Source: Chiloscyllium plagiosum
Taxonomy: Eukaryota
Reading direction: 5' to 3'
DNA length: 32,983 bases
Assembly: GCF_004010195.1 (NCBI RefSeq)
Contig: NW_025213803.1
Span: 1-32,983 of the forward strand
The notes below the pieces were generated by a model that did not search any database, was not told the origin of the DNA, and worked only from the letters and a program-made list of their open reading frames with translations. This document shows, in pieces, positions 21,405 to 31,883 of the stretch. Numbering within the stretch: position 1 is the stretch's first letter; every line of letters begins with the position of its first letter. The position numbers were made by a program, and so were the translations under genes.

Positions 21405-21770
21405 TGTGATAAGTCTGGTTGAATTTAGAACACAGATGGAAAGCGGGAAGATTAAATCCAATCCCAAGAGCCTGTGCTTAAACAAAGGAGACTACAATAG
21501 GATGAGGCAGGAGTCGGTTAATGTAGACTGGAAGCAAAGACTTTATGGTGGGACAGTTGACAGACAGTGGAGGAATATCAAAGAATTTTTCGAAGTGCTC
21601 AGCAAAAGCACATATCAGTGAAAAGGAAGGACTGTCGGAAACGGAGTAATCTGCCATGGGTGTCTAACGAAATAAGGGAGTCTATCAAAGTGAAATAGAA
21701 GGTATACAATTGGCAAAGACACCAAGAAAAAAGTTAGGAGATTAGAAAAACTTCAAAGATCAACAGAAAG
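21405..21770 (+). mobile_element. CR1 ORF2 linker fragment
   Basis: VEFRTQMES..LCLNKGDYNRMRQE..VDWKQRL..TVDRQWRNIKE..PWVSNEIRESIKVK. Confidence 0.8.
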
Positions 21771-21920
21771 CTTGATGGGATTGGGGATAAAAAGCGATTA
21801 TTAGCTATCCCCAGGGCAGGAATAGCTGTTTACCCTGCTAGAGGGAAACCTATTGTTTGGGGAACATATGGCCTCTGTAATTGTTGAAGCACTTAACTGT
21901 TACCACAGAGATAATCCTGA

Positions 21921-22045
21921 TCAAGTTAAAACTCACAGCACACTCCAAAAGCTTGTACTTCCAAATAAACCTGTTGGACTATAACCTGGTGATGTGTGGT
22001 TTTTAACTTTGTCCACCCCACCCCAACCCCGGCTCCTCCACATCA
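21921..22045 (+). mobile_element. Terminal fragment of a second PLE family
   Basis: CTCCAAAAGCTTGTACTTCCAAATAAACCTGTTGGACTATAACCTGGTG..TTTTTAACTTTGTCCACCCC..CTCCACATCA, recalled as a vertebrate Penelope terminus. Confidence 0.6.
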
Positions 22046-22404
22046 GAATCCTGATAGACAGCCCCTCTGAAACTGAAGCGCCTGTCAGGTACTTGAGGGA
22101 GCCAAGGGGTCGTGGGGGGGAGGGGTGTGTGGTTTAACCACAAAGAGCTGAACTGAACTAGACTTTTTAAACTGCTGTTGTCATGGAGATAATTCTGAGA
22201 GACAGTCACTATACAAAGTTACAAATCACAAAAGTAGAAGAATGGGAGCCGTAGATTGGACCCGATGCTGCCGAAAGGCGTTTTGCACGTAAAATATCCA
22301 GGTAACTACCATGTCTCATCAATAAAGTCTCAAAGAAGACCTTTCAGAGTTCTGTGCCTAGTTATTCCTATCCAGCAGGGATCAGGAATATTATGACACA
22401 GCAG

Positions 22405-22608
22405 TCAGTCTTTACAGTGGAGAACACGAAGAACATGCCAGTAATTGATAAGGAGACTGAGGAAGGTGAGGACTTTGAAACAACCATTATCATGAAAGAG
22501 TTAGAGCTGGGCAAGTTAATGGAGCTAAAGGTACACAAGTCTCATTGCCCTGATGGAATACATCCCAGGATACCAACAGACTTAGTGGGAGAAATAGCAA
22601 ATACACTT
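22405..22608 (+). mobile_element. CR1 ORF2 fragment
   Basis: SVFTVENT..LGKLMELKVHKSHCPDGIHPRIPTDLVGEIANTL. Confidence 0.85.
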
Positions 22609-23103
22609 AGAGTTGTAGAATCCTACAGCAGAGACAGGCGCTTTGGCCCAAACTGGCCCATGCCGATCAGAATGTCCATCCACGTGAACCCCATTTCCCT
22701 GCACTTGGTCCATCTGCTTCCGACCCTTTGCTATCCATGTATTTGTCCAAATGCCTTTTACAAGTTGTTAATGCACCCACCTCAACCACTTCCACTGGCA
22801 GCTCATTCCATATACATACCACCCTCTGTGTAAAACAGTTGCCCCTCAGCTTCCCTTTTATTTTTTCTCCTCTAATTATAAACTGATGCCCTCCAGTCCT
22901 TGGTTCCCTGGGAAAAAGACTGAGTGTATTCACCTTACCCATGCCTCTCATGATCTTATACACTTCTGTAAAATATTCCCCCTCGGTTTCCTCTGCTCTA
23001 AACAAAAAGTTCCAAAGCTTGTCCAACCTCTCCCTGTAACTCAGACCCCTGAGCCCTGGCATCATCCTTGTAAATTTCTTCTGCACCTTTCCAGTTTAAT
23101 AAC
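22609..23103 (-). mobile_element. CR1 3' end
   Basis: QKKFTRMMPGLRGLSYRERLDKL..EVYKIMRG..FTQRVVCIWNELPVEVVE..CKRHLDKYM, followed by 3' UTR. Confidence 0.9.
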
Positions 23104-23399
23104 TGAAACCTACACTGCACTCATCACATTTCCCGTGTTTCCCCACGGCACTAGAACCGACGTGACAACGCCAATGGATTACAATCCATGATCAATAATT
23201 CACTCCATTACAACAATCCCATTTTCATAGCTTTTTCCATGATGCAGGAATCCTTTTGTCTTTCTGGTTTCATGGTAAATTGCCCTCATACAAAACAAAT
23301 CTGTGGCTTAACTGTTCCTGGGAAATGTGCCATGATTTTTTAGACTTTCAAAAACCAATGAAATCTCTCTCCACTGCCACCACGCTAACATGGACTTCG

Positions 23400-23571
23400 C
23401 TAACTCAGTACTTTTTTCCAGTCACACTGATATTTGAAATATTAATCCATGGGCAGAATGCACACCTGTCCATCCAGATGAAAAGGCCAATGATATTCAG
23501 ATCGGCACGGATCCAGTAACATGAAATTCAATTTGAATTTCTCAACTACAAATCCCCCCTTTCAGTACTCT
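23400..23571 (-). pseudogene. Zinc-finger gene leader exon remnant (acceptor and decayed first finger region)
   Basis: TTTTCTCTGTTGTAG acceptor (AG 23571-23570), then GATCTGAATATCATTGGCC, shared with the leaders at 17129-17143, ~26270 and ~27820. Confidence 0.55.
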
Positions 23572-24464
23572 ACAACAGAGAAAACAGAAAGTGCTGGAGA
23601 TCCTCAGCAGGTCTGGCAGCATCTGAAATGGTGACAGATGCAGGAAACATTGCAGCCTTGAAGAAGTGTTTAGATGATCACACCAGGCATGTGTGCTTGA
23701 TGACCAATATGGAGAAGACGGAGGCATTGTATTCAACAGTTTTATACCAGAGACTCTGACGCCATTTCATTCTGTATTTCTCCGAGATTCCCTCTTCTCA
23801 GAAGCAGGCAGGAGTGGGAAGCAGTGGAGAATGTAAATGATGTGTGACCTTCCTAGTGAGAGGACTCGAGTACAGGAGCAGGGATCCCTTTCTGGAAGAG
23901 CCTTGGTGAGACCACACCTGGAGTACTATGTGTACCTTTTTCCCCTTTCCCAAGGAGAGCTATCCTGGTTATTGAGAGTGAGTAAAGGTGGGTCATCAGC
24001 CTGACTCCTGGGATGTGAAGATAGTTGAGGGTTGCAGATCCTGGAAGTCAGGGTCAATACAATGTGGATCTGGAAAAGTGCAGCAGGTCAGGCAGCATCA
24101 GAGGAGCAGAAAGGTTGATGATTTGGTCAAGACCCTTTGTCAGTCCCGATGAATAGTCCTGACCCGAAACGTCAACTTTCCAACCCCATCATATTCATAC
24201 TGGTTATCAAGATCCTATTTATTGTTGTCCCACGTTCTAGCACTCAGCGTGTAACTGATATTGTAGTGCTTGGTGTGACTTCTTCAACGCTGCAGTGTTT
24301 CCTGCATCTGTCACCATTTCAGATGCTGCCAGACCTGCTGAGGATCTCCAGCACTTTCTGTTTTCTCTGTTGTAGAGTACTGAAAGGGGGGATTTGTAGT
24401 TGAGAAATTCAAATTGAATTTCATGTTCAATTTTGATAGTTACTGGATCCGTGCCGATCTGGAT
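23495..24464. repeat. Long inverted repeat: arms 23495-23667 and 24278-24464, spacer 610 bp
   Basis: The arms are reverse complements with a few substitutions and one 14-nt indel (CAATTTTGATAGTT in the right arm only). The right arm runs into the N gap. Confidence 0.95.
24022..24182. mobile_element. PLE-derived inverted terminal pair with two head-to-head decayed hammerhead cores
   Basis: Minus-strand CTGACAAAGGGTCTTGACCAAATCATCAA (24143-24115) sits next to plus-strand CCGATGAATAGTCCTGACCCGAAACGTC (24146-24173). Confidence 0.7.
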
Positions 24465-25263
24465 NNNNNNNNNNNNNNNNNNNNNNNNNNNNNNNNNNNN
24501 NNNNNNNNNNNNNNNNNNNNNNNNNNNNNNNNNNNNNNNNNNNNNNNNNNNNNNNNNNNNNNNNNNNNNNNNNNNNNNNNNNNNNNNNNNNNNNNNNNNN
24601 NNNNNNNNNNNNNNNNNNNNNNNNNNNNNNNNNNNNNNNNNNNNNNNNNNNNNNNNNNNNNNNNNNNNNNNNNNNNNNNNNNNNNNNNNNNNNNNNNNNN
24701 NNNNNNNNNNNNNNNNNNNNNNNNNNNNNNNNNNNNNNNNNNNNNNNNNNNNNNNNNNNNNNNNNNNNNNNNNNNNNNNNNNNNNNNNNNNNNNNNNNNN
24801 NNNNNNNNNNNNNNNNNNNNNNNNNNNNNNNNNNNNNNNNNNNNNNNNNNNNNNNNNNNNNNNNNNNNNNNNNNNNNNNNNNNNNNNNNNNNNNNNNNNN
24901 NNNNNNNNNNNNNNNNNNNNNNNNNNNNNNNNNNNNNNNNNNNNNNNNNNNNNNNNNNNNNNNNNNNNNNNNNNNNNNNNNNNNNNNNNNNNNNNNNNNN
25001 NNNNNNNNNNNNNNNNNNNNNNNNNNNNNNNNNNNNNNNNNNNNNNNNNNNNNNNNNNNNNNNNNNNNNNNNNNNNNNNNNNNNNNNNNNNNNNNNNNNN
25101 NNNNNNNNNNNNNNNNNNNNNNNNNNNNNNNNNNNNNNNNNNNNNNNNNNNNNNNNNNNNNNNNNNNNNNNNNNNNNNNNNNNNNNNNNNNNNNNNNNNN
25201 NNNNNNNNNNNNNNNNNNNNNNNNNNNNNNNNNNNNNNNNNNNNNNNNNNNNNNNNNNNNNNN
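24465..25263. other. Assembly gap
   Basis: Run of N. Confidence 1.
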
Positions 25264-26199
25264 NTATCGCAGATGCTCCACAGTGAGTCTACTCACAACT
25301 CCAACTCTGAAAAGCAGTTTCCCAATAACTGCAGATGGGAACCCTTCCTGCACACATAGCCGCCAGGGACACTGGAAGCATCCCTTATTTCCCACATTGT
25401 GCAAGAGGAGCACACCACGGCTCTGAGGTGCCCTGTCACAACATCTCTCTACATTCATCTAGTTACTCCCATTAAAAGAATTTAAATGAGTGAGCAATCT
25501 TCCTTCACTTTAAACATGTCCATTAGAATAACAAAAAAAATCTTTACTTAAGCTGATATGTCATACTTTAAAAACTTAAATACTCCGCAGGTATCACTGA
25601 CAAATTGGCTGTTCCCATTGGGACTGTGAATTTCTGAAAGGCCTGAACTAAAACGGAGTTTCAGCTTCACCTTCTCCCTGTCTCACCTCACTATTTACAC
25701 CCAACTCCAAAACACTCTCATTGAGCCAAACAGCACTTTTAGTGCAGCCCTGCCATTTTCATTGTCTGCTCACACCTACACTTCCCTCAGCCTCCTGTAC
25801 TGTTCCAATGCATCTCAATGGGAGCTCAGGACCAGTATTGCATCTTTCAATTCAGCCCTTTGTAACCCCAGAGTCAAAATGGACCAGCAGTTTCTGAATG
25901 AACAGACAGTTGTCAGAATCTGGAAAGTTCCACCTGAAATGGTGCTGGAATTTGAGTCCACAAGGAATTTCAATGAGAAATTTGCAGAGAATTGGAAGTA
26001 GGGAGTTTACAGATTAACATTATAAAGTGGATGATTGAGACTAAATCTGAAAGTTCCTGCAAAAAGACGAGGTGTAATTTGGATAAATCTGTGCTCCCTC
26101 TCAAGCCAATACCTCCTTCCACAGCTGCAGGGCCAAGAATTGAACACATACCCCAAGAGTGATCCAACCATGGACTTGAACATCTTTCTGCTTTTGGTT

Positions 26200-26560
26200 T
26201 GACAAAAATATTGAAGATATTTTCCCACAGACAGAACAGACAAACCTTTTTCCTTCCACAGTTTAATGCCAATGATATTCCGATCCTGATGACTCCGCTG
26301 ACTGTAGAAGCTTGTTTATTGAGATCCCAGTCTCAATTATTCTCAATTAATATCCTATAAAATGAATTCACAAAACAAAGCTCACAGTCAGTGCAAGAAC
26401 ACTTCTCTTGGTATGTGTTTGATGTGTAAATGCTCCTCTTCAAATCACCCCTCCCCCACCCAGGAAGAGGACACGTGCATGCTCCTTGTGGTACATTACC
26501 CTAAATAAAGATGGCAGCCATAACCCAGGTCCTCACTGCCTGAGGCCCAAGCCATCTTCC
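26200..26560 (-). pseudogene. Zinc-finger gene 5' remnant, copy 1 (promoter-like motifs, acceptor, first finger truncated by CR1 sequence)
   Basis: YY1-like AAGATGGC (26508-26515) and GCCATCTT (26551-26558); acceptor TTTTATAG (AG 26356-26355); TVEGKRFVCSVCGKISS at ~26260-26210. Confidence 0.6.
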
Positions 26561-27749
26561 CCTTTGCTGCAAACGTGGGACCAAGAGTTTCTAATTCAGA
26601 CTAACGACCTGCACAGAGTGTAACTAAACCCTCCCAGTCTACACTGATACATTTCATCCGGTTTCTGCTGCCACTTTCCCCTTTCCGCCTCCTGAACACA
26701 CCAAGGGTCATCATGGGTCCAGTGACCCTTCCTCAGAACCGATGACAGCTGGGAAAATTAGAATCCCTTCAGGAAACAGGCCCTTCGGCACAACAATTCC
26801 ACACTCACCCTCCGAAGTTAATCCCACCCAGACCCATTCCCCTATCCTATTACTCTCCATTTCCCCAGACTAATGCACATCCCTGAACACGACGAGAAAT
26901 TTAGCTGGGCTAATTCACTTGACCTACACATCTTTGGACTGCAGGAGATAGGGGTTAAAGAGTAACTAATAGGTGGGGACAGAGCCCAAAGAGAGACAGG
27001 AACATTTGGAAAGACAAAGGAGTGGGAAGTTGGAAAGCTGTTAATGGAGGAGACAGGAACCTTCTAGCATCTCAGTGGCGGTGGTGGAAATAGTGTCTGA
27101 TGATCTACATTGTGCCTGCAAAAAAGATCCTGAGCTTCCAGTTGCCTGCTCTTTAACACACAAGACTGTTCCCTGTCCAACATTTCTGTCTCATGCTTAC
27201 TGCAGTGTTCCAGTGAAGCTTGATGCAAGCTGGAAGAACACTTCATAACATACAAAATGGCTTCCTATTTCAAGGACTGCAATTTCCCCTCACACGCCTG
27301 TCATTTTCATTGTCTGCTCACACCTGCACTGCCCCAGCCTCCTGTACTGTTCCAATGCATCTCAATGGGAGCTCAGGACCAGCACCTCATCTTTCAATTC
27401 AGCCCTTTGTAACCCCAGAGTCAAAATGGACTTCAGCAGTTTCTGAATGAACAGACAGTTGTCAGAATCTGGAACATTCCATCTGAAATGGTGCTGGAAT
27501 TTGAGTCCACAAGGAATTTCAATGAGAAATTTGCAGAGAATTGAAAGTAGGGAGTTTACAGATTAACATTATAAAGTGGATGATTGAGACTAAATCTGAC
27601 AGTTCCTGCAAAGAGACGAGGTGTAATTTGGATAAATCTGTGCTCTCTCTCAGGCCAATGCCTCCTTCCACAGCTGCAGGGCCAAGAATTGAACACATAC
27701 CCAAAGGGTGACCCAGCCATGGACTTGAACATCTTTCTGCTTTTGGCTT

Positions 27750-28127
27750 GACAAAAATATTGAAGATATTTTCCCACAGACAGAACAGACAAACCTTTCT
27801 CGTTCCACAGTTTAATGCCAATGATGTTCAGATCCTGATGACTCCGCTAACTATAGAAACTTGTTTTTTGAGATCCCAGTCTCAATTATTCTCAATTAAT
27901 ATCCTATAAAATTAATTCACAAAACAAAGCTCACAGTCAGTGCAAGATGAATAGTGAAGGCAAATACTTCTCTTGGTATGTGTTTGATGTGTAAATGCTC
28001 CTCTTCAAATCACCCCTCCCCCACCCAGGAAGAGGACACAAGCATGCTCCTTGCGGTACATTACCCTAAATAAAGATGGCAGCCATAACCCAGGTCCTCT
28101 CACTGCCTGAGGCCCAAGCCATCTTCC
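27750..28127 (-). pseudogene. Zinc-finger gene 5' remnant, copy 2
   Basis: Same elements: AAGATGGC 28073-28080, GCCATCTT 28118-28125, acceptor AG 27905-27904, RFVCSVCGK at ~27796-27770. Confidence 0.6.
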
Positions 28128-28659
28128 CCTTTGCTGCAAACGTGGGACCAAGAGTTTCTAATTCAGACTAACGACCTGCACAGAGTGTAACTAAACCCTC
28201 CCAGTCTACACTGATACATTTCATCCGATTTCTGCTGCCACTTTCCCCTTTCCGCCTCCTGCACACACCAAGGGTCATCATGGGTCCAGTGACCCTTCCT
28301 CAGAACCGATGACAGCTGGGAAAATTAGAATCCCTTCAGGAAACAGGCCCTTCAGCACAACAATTCCACACCCACACTCCGAAGTTAATCCCACCCAGAC
28401 CCATTCCCCTATCCTATTACTCTCCATTTCCCCAGACTAATGCACATCCCTGAACACTACGAGAAATTTAGCTGGGCTAATTCACTTGACCTACACATCT
28501 TTGGACTGCAGGAGATAGGGGTTAAAGAGTAACTAATAGGTGGGGACAGAGCCCAAAGAGAGACAGGAACACTTGGAAAGACAAAGGAGTGGGAAGTTGG
28601 AAAGCTGTTAATGGAGGAGACAGGAACCTTCTAGCATCTCAGTGGCGGTGGTGGAAATG

Positions 28660-28812
28660 GTGTCTGATGATCTACATTGTGCCTGCAAAAAAGACCCTGA
28701 GCTTCCAGTTGTCTGCTCTTTAACACACAAGACTGTTCCCTGCCCAACATCTCTGTCTCATGCTTACTGTGGTGTTCCAGTGAAGCTTGATGCAAGCTGG
28801 AAGAACACTTCA
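28660..28812 (+). mobile_element. PLE GIY-YIG endonuclease C-terminal remnant (also at ~27097-27245)
   Basis: DDLHCACKKDPELPVVC..FNT..CSSEA*CKLEEH, a decayed form of the PLE HL..V....ELPVA.HFN...KLEEQHLI pattern. Confidence 0.7.
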
Positions 28813-29174
28813 GAACATACCAAATGGCTTCCTATTTCAAGGACTGCAATTTCCCCTCACATGTGGTCAACAATGCCCTCCAGTGTATCTCCTCCACTTC
28901 CCACACCACTGCCCTTGAACCCCACCCCTCCAAATGCAACAAAGGTGGACTCCCACCATCCTCACCTTCCACCCAGATACAACGCATCATCCTCTGCTAT
29001 TTCCACCATCAGATCCAACCACCTGAGATATATTTCCCTCCCCACCCCTTTCAGCATTCCACAGAGACCATACCTTCTGTGACTTCCACGTTAGATCATG
29101 CTCCCCACCAACCCATCCTCCACTCCCGGCACCTTCGCTTGCCACTGCAAGAGGTGGAAAACCTGTGCCCACAC

Positions 29175-29757
29175 CTTCCCCTCACCTCCATCCAAGGCAC
29201 CACAGGATCCTCCCACATCCAACATAGATTTCCCTGCCCACCCAAACACCTCACCTATTGTGTCCTTTGCTCTCAGGATGCCAAATTGTGGAATATTTCA
29301 CTTCCCCTCACCTCCATCCAAGGCACCACAGGATCCTCCCACATCCAGCATAGATTTCCCTGCCCACCCAAACACCTCAGCTTTAGATTAGATTAGATTA
29401 GATTAGATTACTTACAGTGTGGAAACAGGCCCTTCGGCCCAACAAATCCACACCGCCCCGCCGAAGCGCAACCCACCCATATCCCTACATGTACACCTTA
29501 CCTAACACTACGGGCAATTTAGCATGGCCAATTCACCTGACCTGCACATCTTTGGACTGTGGGAGGAAACCGGAGCACCCAGAGGAAACCCACGCAGACA
29601 CGGGGAGAACGTGCAAACTCCACACAGTCAGTCGCCTGAGGCGGGAATTGAACCCGGGTCTCTGGCGCTGTGAGGCAGCAGTGCCAACCACTGTGCCACC
29701 GTGCCACCCACCTATTGTGTCCTTTGCTCTCAGGATGCCAAATTGTGGAATATTTCA
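29175..29757 (+). repeat. 126-bp tandem duplication inside the PLE; second copy split by a SINE
   Basis: 29175-29300 is repeated as 29301-29379 plus 29710-29757. Confidence 0.95.
29383..29709 (-). mobile_element. HE1-like V-SINE, full length
   Basis: Same structure as 975-1307 and 8189-8510, with a (TCTAA)n tail. Confidence 0.94.
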
Positions 29758-30254
29758 GGGAACATTTCTGGGACACATGCACCAACCAACCCCATCGCCC
29801 TATGGCCAACCACTTCAGCTACTCGCCCCTCCCCCCAGCCGCCACGCTGCCAAGGACATGCAAGTCCTCCACCACAAAATCCAAGCCACCCGACAGCTGG
29901 ACGAAGAATACCTTGGGAACTTTCAACCACACGGCATCAAGGTTTCCTCATCTCCCCTCCCCCACCTTATCTCAGATTCAACCCTTCAACTCGGCACAAC
30001 CCTCTTGAACAGTCCCACCTGTCCATCTTCCTTCCCAATTATCCATTCCACCCTCTCACCACTACCCTCCATCTACATCCAACTATTGCCTCCCTAGCTC
30101 CCTTTCCCCAACCCCAAACACCCCTCCCTATTTATCTCTCAGCCATATTCCACCACCCACATTTCTGGTGAAGTGCTGACATGCCCAATACGTCAATTCT
30201 CCTGCTCCTTGGATACTGCCTGACCTGCTGTGCTTTTCCAGCGCCACACTTTAA

Positions 30255-30720
30255 CAAAAGCTGGAAGAACAACACCTCATCTCCCACTTGAGGACCCTGC
30301 TTCAACATCAAATTCAATAATTTTAGGTCCTGAACTCTCCCACGTCCTAGTGTCTTTGCCCCCTGCCTCACATACCAGGCCTTGTTATTACGTTGCCTGC
30401 CATTACACACTACCTATGGTTAGCCACTAACAGTCCCCATAAACAGCTATTCACCCTCCCCCCGTCAGATCGTTATCCACTCCTTTGTCCAACTGCTCCT
30501 ATCTCTCTCTTTGGACTCTATCCCCACCTATCATTTACTCCTTAAACCTTACCTTCTGCATAAAAAGCCATTTTTTCTCAGTAACGTCAGTTCCTGAGGA
30601 AGCGTCATTGAATCGATAATGCGAACCGATTTCTCTTCACAGATGCTGTCAGATCTGCTGAGCTTTTCCAGTACCTTCTGGTTGTTGTGTGTGATTTACA
30701 GCATCCGCAGTTCTTTTGGT
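30255..30720 (+). mobile_element. Another PLE 3' fragment
   Basis: KLEEQHLISHLRTL, a C/T-rich UTR, a decayed core CTGAGGAAGCGTC.. at 30594, and the terminus CAGATGCTGTCAGATCTGCTGAGCTTTTCCAG..CAGCATCCGCAGT. Confidence 0.75.
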
Positions 30721-30864
30721 TCTAATTTACCCGGAGTATCTAATTCAGGTCTAGCAGACGGAAACAGTGTTTATCAACCTTCCCAGTCCACACTAACTCC
30801 ACCTATCTCCCAGTATCGCTGCCTCTCCCACTCCTTCACATGCAGTTCCCTCTCACAGTGACAA

Positions 30865-30968
30865 TGCGCCTGCAAGGCTGATTGGCCTGCTGGACCCACC
30901 CCTCATTCACTCCCATTGGCTGGAGGATCACGCCAACTCTCCTATTGGTCTGAAGCGGTGTCAATCAG
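30865..30968 (-). promoter_or_regulatory. Triple CCAAT-box promoter-like element
   Basis: ATTGG at 30881, 30915 and 30944 (spacing 34 and 29 bp); NRF1-like TGCGCCTGCA at 30865-30874. Confidence 0.45.
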
Positions 30969-31009
30969 CCAGGTCCCATTGTGACCTGAGTGGTGGAATC
31001 GTCCCAGGT

Positions 31010-31385
31010 GCATCAGAGGCTGAGGGGTGACCTCATAGAGGTTTATAAAATCATGAGGGGCATGGGTAGGATAAATAGACAAGGTCGTTTCCCTGGGGTG
31101 GGGGAGTCCAGAATGAAAGGGCATAGGATTAAGATGAGAGGGGAAGAATTTAAAATGGATCTGATGGGCATTTTTTTCCCACTGAGGTTGGTGCGTGTAT
31201 GGAATCTTCTGTCAGGAAGTAGAGGATGTTGGTACAATTATACCATTTGGCATCTGGATGGGTATATGAATAGGAAGGGTGTAAAGTGATATGTGCCAAG
31301 TGTTGGCAAATGGGACTAGATTAGGTTGGGATATCTGGTCAGCATGGACCAGTTTAACCAAAGGGTTTATTTTGATGTTGTACGG
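31010..31385 (+). mobile_element. CR1 3' end
   Basis: HQRLRGDLIEVYKIMRGMGRIN..FPGVGESRMKGHRIK..FFPLRLVRVWNLL..LDGYMNRKG, followed by 3' UTR. Confidence 0.92.
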
Positions 31386-31883
31386 GTCTTCCCTGTGATG
31401 TGCTTCATCATTCACAGTGAATGGGTCAGTATCACAGAGCACAGGGGCTGGGGGCTATTCAGCCCATTGGGGCTGTACTCTCTCCCTCTGGATATGGTGC
31501 CAGTCTATCCCAACTCACCTCCCATTTGGACATAGCCCTCCAAATCCTTCCTTACAAAAGTTAAATTTCAAATTTGTTTTGACAATAACTACTGAATCTG
31601 CATCCAGCTGTCTTTCAAACTGCTCCAGATGCTCAGAGCTTAGTGAGCAAAATAATCTTCACATTTTTCCTCTGCATTATTTTCCAGTTACCTGAAAATA
31701 GTTACTAAAAATTGTGATGTTAAAAATTTCTCACTCTGTCTCTCTGTAAATGAATTATCCTGGAAACAAATCAACTCCTGGTCGAAATCACTGCTTAACC
31801 TTCTCAGCTCCAAGGAGAATTGTCTGGCCTTCTGCTAACTCTCCATAAAAGAGAAACCTATCTTAATTTTAATTTATTAGTGC

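Larger units (their letters stand above)
25750..28861. repeat. Tandem segmental duplication, two ~1.55-kb units (~25750-27294 and ~27297-28861)
   Basis: The units start CCTG(C/T)CATTTTCATTGTCTGCTCACACC and end TTCAAGGACTGCAATTTCCCCTCACA. They differ by scattered substitutions and a ~19-bp indel (TGAATAGTGAAGGCAAAT near 27948-27966). Confidence 0.97.
28813..30252 (+). mobile_element. Decayed Penelope-like retroelement 3' half (RT C-terminus, Cys linker, GIY-YIG, terminal repeat with hammerhead-like core)
   Basis: QMASYFKDCNFPSHVVNNALQCISSTSHTTALEPHPS; PGTFACHCKRWKTCAHT; FPCPPKHLTYCVLCS; FREHFWDTCTNQPHRPMANHF; AKDMQVL..TRQLDEE..LGNFQPHGI. Core CTGGTGAAGTGCTGACATGCCCAATACGTC at 30165-30194. Confidence 0.88.

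Noticed and set aside
11122..25458. Long poly-X ORFs
   Set aside because: Artefacts of the N gaps at 11236-11642, 14479-15251 and 24465-25263.
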